From positions 21,640,001-21,704,000 of the forward strand of contig NW_024704742.1 of the NCBI RefSeq assembly GCF_018977255.1: DNA of 64,000 bases, read 5' to 3'. Of the stretch, positions 24,443 through 35,505 are shown piece after piece. Within the stretch, counting starts at the first letter, position 1. Each line of letters opens with the position of its first letter. Below the pieces are notes generated by a model that saw only the letters and a program-made list of their open reading frames with translations, was not told the DNA's origin and made no database searches. The position numbers and the translations under genes are program-made. This DNA comes from Callorhinchus milii (taxonomy: Eukaryota).

Positions 24443-24451
24443 GACCACCCA
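24443..24451 (+). promoter_or_regulatory. Consensus GLI binding site GACCACCCA (intron 2)
   Basis: Exact 9/9 match within the palindromic context TGGGTGACCACCCA. Confidence 0.5.
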
Positions 24452-26374
24452 GGTTGTCTTGGAAGATAACCAGATGAAAGCATAACTTTAGCACTGGGAC
24501 ACGGATGGGGCTCAGGGGTGTGCATAAGCGAACTAGCAGCCTGTTTTTCAGCAGAGCTAGACGATTTTCCTATGTTAGACAGATGCTTATAATCAGCATG
24601 TGGCACCGCCTGCTTTTGCAGAGGTCGGTGCTAATTGAAAGCTGTTGTTTTGATACCAAAGATAGAAAACAAATTTTTGCTGACAGAGCAGTCATTGACA
24701 AGCACCGAAATTGCGTGTGTTAAAAGTGGCCCCAATTACAATTACGCTTCCAGAGAAATAGAGAATAAAGAACGAGAGATAATGACACCGAAGAAAATCA
24801 CCCCAAATCATGAGGGTTTTTGTAAGCTGAAAAATAATACCTCTCAGAATCAGAGATAGGTACATCTGTATGATCTTACATATGGAAGGAAATGGTTGAC
24901 TTCATATCCATCATATGGATAATTGCGCAAATATTTTTATATGGTTAAAAGTTATAGAGCACATTACCCTGAGGACATTTGGTTCAATAAAAAGTGCCCA
25001 TACGTTCAAAATATTTTAGGTAATTTTCCATTATTATCTTTTCTGCTAATTGTTTTGAAATCACTGAAGAAAAATACAGTATAACATTCACATAAACATA
25101 TTACAGCCAGGTCCACATCACAGTTAAGTGCTGTTTACAACATGCAGTTGATGAACACGATCTGAATCTTCGGTTTTAATAAAAGTGTAATTAAAATGCT
25201 GTAGCGGTGGGTGGCCTGATACCACAGAGCATTCGTACAGTCATGCAACTCTTCCAAAAATCCTGCAAGATATAGTTTTACCCTGTACTCCCCAATGTTG
25301 ATTAGCCATTTAATGTATCTCCAGCCTACGCTAGGCTATCTGGAGGAGGGTGAGTTAGAGTAAGATGCTTTGTTCATAGATTTCCGAGACCATGGGCAGA
25401 GACTTAAGAGCAGGTTGTCTGCCTCTCACCATCCCTTCCTCCCTCCCCCAAAGAAGGAAGAGAAGTGAGTTGGGATCTAGGATTGAAAATAAAATTCTGA
25501 GAGAACGAGGCAAAAGGTAACACTAAAAAAAATTCTCATATTGTCCTCTACCAACCTAATATAATACCCCCTTTACATTACAGTGATAACAGTAAAGGAG
25601 GCTCTGACTTGCTCCAAGGTCAAGTGAATGGCCTCTGGAGGAACTGAGACCTACCCCTATAGATGTTTTTCCAGGCTCCTCTGCAGGTAGCAGCGCTGCT
25701 GATGGTAAACATAAAAATTTGCTTCTGGCATTGGGCTTTTGTGGTCCAGCCATGCAAACCAGCCATGCAGGTTTTGCAGCCAATCTCCCACAGAGACAGC
25801 AGGCCCGTTTTGGCAGCTAGAATTCCAACTCGCCATTCGTGGATTCCGAACCCCTGCACACCCACAGGCTTGCACACTTATTGGATTTTTACCACTCGTG
25901 CTATGGAATAATCCACAGGCCACAGTGTAAATAGGCCGATTGCACGGCCCTGGAGACTGTAACATGACACAGATAATTCCCTTCGTGATATAATAGACAC
26001 AAATGTTTTGATGTCACCAAAGCTTGTTCTTGACGTTGGAGAGTGGATTGACTACTTTCGTTTTTTTAACGCCTTGAGAATGATCCTTGCATTTGATATA
26101 GCACCCCTAACACTGAACAGGCTCAAAGCAATTGCCTTCACAGGAAATTGCTGTCAAATGTAGTGACTTTAATCTGGCTTGTGCGAGAAGTGTTAAGATA
26201 GCCCAATCGCTTCCGCACTATGTCATGGGCAGAGTTACATGGAGTGATGTGGAATGGAAACATTTGGCCCAACTAGTCTATGCCAGTGTTTCTGTTCTAC
26301 AGGAGCCCCCACCCTTCCTTCCTAATACCCTCACATATGCCCCTCTATTCCCAGGCAGTAGCAAGACTAACACA

Positions 26375-27508
26375 ATCACTAACTACATTGAAAGAGTTGT
26401 TGCTTCCCAGCTTCACTCCTTCCTCTCCTTTACGAAGCCCTCCAATCCCACAGCACGGAAACAGCCCTGGTCAAAGTGACAAATTACATTCTGTCCATCT
26501 GTGACCAAGACTCCCTCTGTCTTTTCGCCCTCCTCGACCTTTCTGCTGCCTTTCGCACTGTGGACTACTCGATCCTCCTCCACCACAACTCTTTTCACCT
26601 TAACCTTCAAGGTTCTGTCCTTGAATGGTTCATATCCTATCTCTCACACTGGCTCCACTTTGTCTCCACAAATGGCTTGTCCTCAAGCCCCCACATCGTC
26701 TCGTGCGGTGTTCCTCAGGGCTCTGTCCTTGTTCCTCTCGTCTTCAACCTGTACATGCTCCCTCTTGGTGACATTATCCGCAGACATGGGATCAACTTTC
26801 ACATGTACAGGGATGACACCCAATTCTAGAGTTGGGTGTCAACCTCGACTCCAGGACCACTAATTTCCTGTCAGACTGCCTGTCAGACATCAAGTCCTAG
26901 ATGAGAGCCAACTTTCTACAGTTGAACGTCAGCAAGACCGAGGTTCTCCTGATTCGCTCGTGCCAGCGCCTCCACACCTCAGGCAATGGCAGCATCAGCA
27001 TCCATAGATGCACACTCCACTCGCTGAGTCAGTCAGGAACCTAGGCATCTTGTTCGACCCTCAACTGTCCTTCCTCCCTTACATCTGTGCCATGACCCAC
27101 TCTGCCTTCCCTCACCGCCCAACATTGCCTTGACACGCCACTGCCTCACTCCTCAAGCCACCGAAACCCTCATATATGCCTTCATTACAACCAGGCTTGA
27201 CTATCCCAACTCCTGCTTGTCAGCCTTCCCAACTCTTCCTTCCACAAGCTGCAAATCATCCAGAACTCTGTCCTCTCCCACACTCCATTCCCTTCACCTC
27301 GTTCCCTCCCTTGCCTCCTTCAAGGCACAACTCAAGACCCTCCTCTTCGACCGTGCCTTCGACAACCTCCTACACTCTCTGCCCCCCACCCTCTCTGATC
27401 AGAACCCCCAACCCCCCCGACCTCCCAGTGCTCGGGTCCTAATCCCTAACTGTTCAGCGACTTGGGATGTCCTCCCGACGTGAAAGAACGCTTTGCAAAT
27501 ATAATTTT
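26375..27508 (+). mobile_element. Decayed L2-clade LINE (RT domain to 3' tail)
   Basis: LLDLSAAFRTVDYSIL...CGVPQGSVLVPLVFNLYMLPLGDIIRRHGINFHMYRDDTQ (YADD motif mutated); stops and frameshifts; L2 tail. Confidence 0.92.
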
Positions 27509-27934
27509 GAATTGCTTTGTAAGACTAGGGTGTGTGTCCAAGGTTCTTCATGTGGCTTGAAAAGTTTTTCTTTTGCTTCAAGGAAAATGGCAATAAATAA
27601 TGAGTCGCCCTGGGTCACTCTTCTTCACCTTCTGCCAGGCAGTTCATCAGCAGTTTAGACAAAGGAAGAGGTCTGAGAGCAGATTGCCCACCCACACTTT
27701 CAGATGGGAAATGTTAACATGGTCACGGAAAATAAACGGCTTGTGTGTCTAAATTATGACCTAGAGGATATGCTGGATACACAATGGGGACCTGTCTAAT
27801 GCTAGGCTTGCTTCACTCTTGACAATCTTACCAGTGAAATAATTTGTGCACATTCCCCATTGTGCACCCCCCATATGGGAGAGCTTACTGTAATGTATGA
27901 ACCTTCAAGAGTCATGTTGCCTATGATAATCTTA

Positions 27935-28240
27935 TATTCATAGTAATTTACACCACAGAAGGAGGTGATACTGTCCATCATGTCTGGCTCTCAGAGCAAG
28001 CTGTTTATTCAACCCACTGTCTGCCTATCCCAATACCTCTTCAAGCCTTTCTCCTTCATATATCTGTCTACTTCCTTCTTGAAACCCACAGTGAACTCTG
28101 TCTCTACCACCTTACATTCCAACAATTCTCTGTGTGAAAACGCTTCTCCTATAGTCTCCTTTTGCTCTTATTGTGACATATATTATAAGCATGCCCTCCT
28201 TTCACTGACTTTCCTATCCATGGAAATAGCTTCTCCCTAT
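27935..28240 (-). mobile_element. CR1 3' end fragment
   Basis: catagtaatttacaccacagaaggagg...ccatc; accacc...ctctgtgtgaaaa pattern. Confidence 0.55.
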
Positions 28241-28852
28241 TTAACAAGAGTTCAGACAAAATAAGGAAAGGCTTTATTCCATATTCAGTTGGGCAGGAAT
28301 ATGGTGCATTTGCTTTGTGTGTCACCATCATGTAAAATCATTTTATTGCTCATTTCCAGCTTGATGATGGAAAAGCACTGGGGGATCTCACATCAATGAT
28401 TGGCGTCATATTTACGTGGCACGGAATAAAACACTTTGCGCAGGCAAATGGAGTGTGCACTGATTCCTTTATCAAAGATACAAATCTGCCAACTTGCATT
28501 AAAGAACTTTAATTGGGCATCTTTTCTTTGTCAAAAAGTAATATTTTTCACAGAAAATTACAGAATTTGTACCTGAGATGATTAATATGCCACTGTTCTC
28601 CCTTTTTAACTTGCTAGCAGTGTGTTGAAGTTTTGCCGGAGAGCCATGTAAATTGTTATTCTTTGGGAAAGAAAACTATTTCATATTATACAAAGAGGCT
28701 TAATAATGATAAGGATTTTTTTTGAGACCCATTTACTTATCTTTCAAAACAAACCAGCAAGTTTACTGTTCAGCTTGAGAACTTGGGTGACTTCAGCTAT
28801 TTTCAGTTTGAAAGCATTCGTTTCAGTAATCTGTTCAATGTCTATTTTCCAG

Positions 28853-29003
28853 GTTTACTCACAGCAGATGAGTTCTGTAACCTATATACAGCAAAGGATG
28901 GTCAGATGTGCTTCCCAGACTCACCCAGAAAGCAAGTGCAGGGACCAGATTCCAACTCTTTGGACCAGATGGACAAATACCACGAAAGGGAACAGCTCAA
29001 CAG
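28853..29003 (+). CDS. HHIP: HHIP coding exon 3
   Basis: ttttccag|GT; GLLTADEFCNLYTAKDGQMCFPDSPRKQVQGPDSNSLDQMDKYHEREQLNR; donor AG|GTCCAA (weak); 151 nt, frame joins exon 4. Confidence 0.93.
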
Positions 29004-29884
29004 GTCCAATAAGATATATGTTATTTGATTTAAGAGTGTAAAAAAAACTGACCAGTCTTTCTTAGTTGAGACAGTGAATCAACTGCTTGTCACCTTATGC
29101 TGCATTGTTGTGCTGCCAGATGTTTCACTTTGTTGTAGAGCTTTCACCGAATCTTAAAACATTGTTGAAGTTTATTACAAATTATGTCCTCCATAGAGTG
29201 ATTTCCTTTCTATTGGCGTTCCACATGCATATGTGGCATATTCTGGTACATCATTGCTTGTGGAATGCTGTTGTTCAAAATGAAAGGAACAAAAAATAAT
29301 TGGAATGCTGACAGATTGAGTAGTTTAACCCCTTGGAAAGCTGGACTTTGGGTAGGGATTACCGAATGACCAAGCCTTGTGGTGGTGCATTGATGATGCA
29401 CTGCGCTATGGAGTGGTGGGACGCAGTTTTTACATCTGCATTTCCCCCATTGTCATTCCCCAATTTTTTTTTGAAGAAGGTGCAGAGTGAAAGCCAGGCA
29501 TTCATTCTTCCACCACCATATGGGTAGGTCCTTTTTTTTGGTTAGCCGGGTGTCTGATACATGCTTAAGAGTATCCAAACCAAATTGAGAATTCCATGCA
29601 TACCACCTACAGTGAGCTAGCCCAAGGGATATTTTACGAGAAGAGCATCATTTGTTTTAAAAGGAAAACAGATTTAAATGGAATTGGAGAAAAAAAAAGA
29701 AAAACTACACATCCATAGAAATTTATCAGCCTTAAATTGGTAATGCTGGATGTTATGAGCTTTAACTAGAGTGACGCAGTAGTTGAATCCTCAAACTATT
29801 TTTCTATTCAAAGATTTTTCTGAAAATTTTTAATAACAATTCCGGTACAATAATGACACTGAAATTCCAATGTAGTTAATCAAA

Positions 29885-30060
29885 ATGTCACAAGATAGAT
29901 AAAGAAGGTCCTCCGACCCATTTGAACTCTTTCATCATCAAGCTGCTTCTTAAATGAGTCCACTGTCCTGGCCTCTATCATGTTTCCTGGTGACGCATTT
30001 CACCCGTTAATTACTTTCTGTATAATATTTCCTGGCATCTCGATAAATTGCTCTTCTCAA
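29885..30060 (-). mobile_element. CR1 3' end fragment
   Basis: gaaggtcc...cccat...gcttcttaaatgag...gcctctatca...catttcacc...ttactttctg. Confidence 0.45.
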
Positions 30061-31109
30061 CCTGTTTACTGAGGATATACTCTCCGCTCCCCTACCCCCG
30101 GATATTTTTATTCATGACATTCTTTTTATCAAGCCTCCAAAGATGAATGATTGAGGCACCCACTATCTGAATAGCTATGATATCTTAAAACATAGGAACC
30201 CTTAACAAAACCAAATGAGCCTATTTGGCCCTTCAGGTCCACTCTTTCCACAAAACCCACCTTATCATGAACTTCATCCCAACTACTCCGGGGGGAAACT
30301 ATAACCAAATGCATATTAACAGAAGATATACATTTTAACAGAAACATACTACCCTATACATTCAATATTTCCAAAATCATAAATAGCGGATGAAGAATGA
30401 TCATCTCCAACTCTTTGAACACATTCCGATTTCTCACAACTGTAGCGTAACCCGTAAAGCTTGAAGGAGTTTGCACAATATCCATTTATACTTTTGTTAG
30501 CCAAAATAAGTTGGCTGATTAATGACTGACAAAGCTCCAAAAGGATATTTCTTAATGCAAATACCAGGTTGACACTTCGCACCATGGTTCATTCGCACAT
30601 TGTTGCTTACTTGTGGGGGTTATGTCTTATTCCTTAGTTCATTGGTGTGCCTGGCAGTCAAAGGGAGCGAGGGGATAGGAAATTATCTAAGTTCTGGCAA
30701 TGTCTGGACAATTACACCATCTCCAGAGGACTGTTTATTAAAAAAACATTCAGGCCAAATGAAGTTCAGGGTCTCTGAAGTCAAACCTTGAAAAATAAAA
30801 ATCTCATCCATGGTTCATACACCACAATTTTATGGGTATTTTGCTGCTACCATAAGACCTCAGTGGACGCTTTGTGATATCAACATTTTCTGGGACTCTT
30901 ACAGACAACCAGAATTTATCACCACCAAGAGTATGAGACATTGATATTAATTGTAGGGATCAGACTAGAATAAGGGATGCAGATATTATGTTTGGATTTA
31001 TTCTGGAATTTTGAACTCAGACTCATATTACTTCAATAAGGTTCTCTCTGAGAGGTCTCTTTTCAAGGCAAATTGCTTATGGGACTCTGTCACTTGATCA
31101 CAGCTTGAT

Positions 31110-31335
31110 CCGTCCTTCGTATAAGATGTTAAACCAAAGCCCTGTCTGCCTGTTCAGGAAGATATTAAAGAACCCATGGCATTATTCGAAAAAAGAAGGG
31201 AGTTTCTCCCAGTATCCTGGCCAATAGATCGCTCAAATTAAATACACAGTTAATTCACTTCACAGTATTGCTTGTGAAGTGCTTGGAGACCTGCTGACGA
31301 TGTGATACAGCGCTATATCAAATGCAACGATTATT
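31110..31335 (+). mobile_element. Deu-domain SINE fragment
   Basis: ccgtccttcg...gttaaacc...cccatggcattattcgaaaa...gcgctatatcaaatgcaa. Confidence 0.75.
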
Positions 31336-31381
31336 TTTGCTATTGGGATGTAAACTTATTATAAATATTTAAAATACAACT

Positions 31382-31482
31382 ATAAACACAGAAGTTGCTG
31401 GGAACATGCAGCAGATCAGGCAGCATCCATGGAGAGAGGAAAATTAGTTAACATTTCAGGTTAATGATCTTCGTCAGAACTG
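31382..31482 (-). mobile_element. Penelope-like element terminal fragment with degenerate hammerhead core
   Basis: Shares cagaagt.gctgg...cagcag.tcaggcagcat with 46298 and 60572; minus strand CTGACGA-AGATC-ATT-AACCT-GAAA-TGTTA. Confidence 0.6.
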
Positions 31483-33171
31483 ATGTATTTAAAATACAAT
31501 GCAATTTGCATTTATATGGAGACTTTCACATCAGTGGACATTGCAAAGTGCTTTCACAGTGATGGATGGGCTGGGGATGGGAGCCGAGAGGAGAGGGGAG
31601 GGGAAAGGTGACTGAAAGCGCAGTAAAAAAAATAGACATATATCAGGACAATATCTAATTCTATTCACAGGCCATTTAGAACATTGTAATCTCATGAAAT
31701 ACTTATTTATCACTTGTGTTGGCAACACCTGTGAGCTATGGGTCTTTTGCAACCATCAGGAAACAATGGAAGCATCTTCTCACATTTGTAGTATCGCCCA
31801 TCTATAATTCAGCACATGTTGCTGTGCTACAAACTATTTCAACACCAGTACTCACACCAGGAATGAACATCTGAAATGTGGCTTTGCTTTCAGTGTTTGG
31901 CTTCCAAAGCAGTTCCAGTGGTCCAAAGCCAAATCCTAATTCAAACCTCGGGTTTTCTCAATTGGTGTGGCCTTTGAAAGCCAAACGCTGGATCATCTGA
32001 AACCTGAAGTATTTGGCATTCGTCCGAAACTGAAAACCTTAGAGCTCAATCCTACTTCTCATATTACTGTTTGTAGGTGGTTTGGCCAGATGGAATAGAA
32101 GACATAGACTGGAACAAAACTGGGGCCAGATCTATGAATACTTGCAGCAGTTTAAATATATATATTTGTGCAAAACCAACATTGTCATTCAAATAAGGAA
32201 CATCATTTTCAGCACGTGGAACATTTTCCCAATGGTTGCATCCATTGTCAACTTGAAACTTTCCAAAGGCAGGCACGGCATTGGTTAGATGCAGAATAAT
32301 GAACGCAAACTCCCCAGAAAAGATCATTCATTCCCAACTTCAGAAAACACTTTTCCAGTTTCACCATTTTTCTACTAACCTGGCCAGAGCATGTGGGACA
32401 TATCAATTGTTGCCATTTTACTCCTGCCAGCCATATTATGGTGACCACACACACACAGGCACTCCAACTTCTTCTGTAACTTGAAGCATCCAGCGAGTAT
32501 GTAAACATACAGTCAATTAACTTTACAGTATATTCTGTGAAGCCTTTAAGACATCTCGAAGATGTGATAAGGCGCTAATTCAAATGCAAGGATTACTATT
32601 ATGTGAAGGGCTGAAAGAGCTTTACCGAGTTTTATGTAAATGCTGTATACATCCAATGATACTGCCTTTTTTCAGAGGAAACTGGAGTACCAATTGCGTG
32701 TGGTTATTACTGTATACAGCTTGTTTGTGTTCCTGCACACAATATTTATATGGTACACAGCAATCATAACAATGATAATCCTTACATTTGATATAGTGCG
32801 TTATCTGGTCATCGATTTGTCACGCTTTGTTCTGTAAATTGCAGTCACTGTGTATATTGTAGGTGAGAGTTGGATTTATGTAAATAGCCAGTGATGAACT
32901 CTGTCCAGACATGAACACTGATCAGATATACACACTGTCCAGACACGCACATTGGTTACAGTCCATGTTATTACATTGAGGTTGAAAGCGTGCTCCTTGG
33001 AAAAATGGAAGCGTATGTGATGCCTCAATTCCAGATGAAGGGCCTCAGGCCATCAAGTCTGATTCTTTCAGGGAATCCCATTTATACTTGTCTGACTCAC
33101 CAAAGCTTGGCTCTGGAGAGATCCTCAGTCTGAGGTACAGTTCTGCTGTTCTGCATCAATACATTGTGCTT

Positions 33172-33556
33172 CAACAACAACAAAATTACATTTATAGAGT
33201 GCCTTTCATAGAAGGAGGACATCCCAAGGCACTGGACAATCAGGGGTCAGGACCCGAGCATGGGGGAGGGGTGGGGTAGGGGTGAGGGAAGGCAGAGAGG
33301 TGGGAGGGCGACTTAAGGCACGATCGAAGAGGAGGGTCTTGAGACCAGCCTTGAAGGAGGCAAGGGAGGAAGCGAGGCGAAGGGACTGTGGGATGGAGTT
33401 CCAGAGTGTGGGGCCAGAGAGGCTGAAAGCCCGGCCACCGATGGTAGGGCGGGTCGGGCGGATAACATGGAACAGGCCGGAGCCCGCTGAAAGGAGGGAG
33501 TGGGCGGGATGGTAGGGAGTCAGCAGGTCACCGAGGTAGGAGGGGGCAAGGCTCAT
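33172..33556 (-). mobile_element. L2 3' end
   Basis: Minus ORF LAPSYLGDLLTPYHP...RPTIGGRAFSLSGPTLWNSIPQSLRLASSLASFKAGLKTLLF plus (TGT)n tail. Confidence 0.9.
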
Positions 33557-33599
33557 CCTTCCAGAATACTCATCATACCATCTCATCATCCTAACATCT

Positions 33600-33790
33600 C
33601 CTCACCAGCATGCATCCTGGTGTCTTCCGAACTCAGCATCAAGCTGTTGGTTAAATGAATAAAGTGTCCTCGCCTCAACCACCTTTCCTAGTGACCAGTT
33701 CCAGTCATTAAGTAACAACTGGGTAAAGAATTGTATCCTGGTGTCTGTCCTTAAATTGCCCTTTGCAATTCTAAACCCATGTCTTGTTGT
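33600..33790 (-). mobile_element. CR1 ORF2 C-terminal fragment
   Basis: Minus ORF TRHGFRIAKGNLRTDTRIQFFTQLLLNDWNWSLGKVVEARTLYSFNQQLD. Confidence 0.8.
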
Positions 33791-34036
33791 TCTATATTCT
33801 TGTTGCATTAAAAGGGGAATATTGTAATTTATCCAGTCACTGAGCTGCTTGTCACTTTAATGAAAATCAAGAGTTTGACAGCATATTGTTGAATTATGGA
33901 TTTTTGGAGATTTATCTGCATACTCTGCTACATCATTCAGAGTGTTTCTTTTGAAAAAAAGATAAGTACATTGTTTTCTAGGAGTGGAAGATCAAATTGC
34001 CATCAGAAGTAACAAATGTTTTGTTGTTTATTTTAG

Positions 34037-34238
34037 AAAACACAAAAAGAATTGTTACTGCCTTCACAAAGTGGTTGGTGGACTCAGGGAGCCGACTGGA
34101 GTAGTGCATTGTGGAGATGAATCACAGAGACTCTTCATCTTGGAAAAGGAAGGTTTTGTGAAGATTTTCACTCCCGATGGAGAACTATTGAAGGAGCCAT
34201 TCCTCAACATCCACAAGCATGTCCAGAGCGGAATAAAG
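34037..34238 (+). CDS. HHIP: HHIP coding exon 4 (start of beta-propeller)
   Basis: ttttag|A; KHKKNCYCLHKVVGGLREPTGVVHCGDESQRLFILEKEGFVKIFTPDGELLKEPFLNIHKHVQSGIK; donor AAG|GTTGG; 202 nt. Confidence 0.97.
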
Positions 34239-34564
34239 GTTGGCCTTCTCTCTACCAAATTGATGTTCTCCATGATGAGTAATTCTTATAAAGTTTTGAA
34301 ATGAATAATGTGACTCACCAGCAAACATCTAGGACTTCTTGACACTGCCTAGATGTGATTCTATATACAGTAACCAGTCAGTTAAATAAGGATTTATTAG
34401 CATTTCCCAAATGTGTCTTGCTTCACACACTGAGGTCAAAAATGGGCATGAACAGAACTGCCATTTGTTCTATTCGGATGTGTTATCGTAACAACTTTAT
34501 TTTTTGGACATACAATGTCTTCTTATGCATGTCTTGCTGGGCATTGTACCCACCCCCACCTCCA

Positions 34565-35505
34565 GAGATAGAGGGAGAGTGTTCCACAGTTTCTGAGCAT
34601 AGTGGCTGAAAGCACAACCTCCAATGGTGGGGCGGAAGATGCGAGGGACGAGCAGGAGGCCAGTGCCAGCCGAGCGGAGGCGCTGGATGGTGAACTGGGA
34701 AGTGAGTAGGTCAGAGAGGTAGGGAGGTACCAGAGAGTGAAGGGATTTGAACACGAATGTGAGGATCGTGAAATCGATCCGTTTGGTGATGGGGAGCCAG
34801 TGAAGCCTGGCCAGAACTGGTGCGAAATGGGTATGGAGTTTGGTCCGGGTCAGTATGCGGGCAGCAGAGTTTTGAATGATCTGGATCGTTTGAATAGTGA
34901 AGCTGGGAAGTCCGGTGAGGAGTGCGTTTGAGTAATCCAAGCAGGAGGTGACACACGCACAAGGGTTTCGGCTACAATTGATACCTTACCTGCGTAAAGT
35001 ACAGTTGGAGGCGGGCAATGTGGCAAAGGTGGAAGAAGGTGGTCCTGGTCAGGGACTAAATTTGGGGGAGGAAGGACAGCTGGGGCACGAACCGGACACC
35101 TAGATTGCGCACTGGTTCGGTGAGTCTGAGGGAGAGACTGAGGGAGGTTGAGGAGTTTAGATCCACAGGAGTGAAGACATTGACGGAAGCCAAGGAGTAT
35201 GGTTTCCGTCTTGTCCACGTTCAGCTGCAGGAAGTTTACACTCATCCAGTCCTTGGATGTCTGCCAGACAAGCTGATAAACCATCGGCAGACCTGGAGTT
35301 GGTACTGGAGGAGGCAAAGTCGATTTGTATGTCATCCGCATACATGTGGAAGCTTACCCAGTGACTGTGGGTGACATCGCCCAGAGGGAGCATTTAGATA
35401 AGGAAACGAAGAGGGCCAAGGATGGAGCTCTGGGTTACCCCGCGGGTGACCGGGCAGGGGCAGGAGGAGAAGCCATTTGCCGAACAGACATTTGCCTTCT
35501 TCACC
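34565..35505 (-). mobile_element. Decayed L2 RT fragment
   Basis: Minus ORFs [49 protein letters not shown]...QNSAARIL...LHWLPI. Confidence 0.92.

Noticed and set aside
26375..27508. Active or domesticated reverse transcriptase
   Set aside because: YADD mutated to YRDD, with stops and frameshifts; the 34565-35505 copy is also frameshifted and truncated
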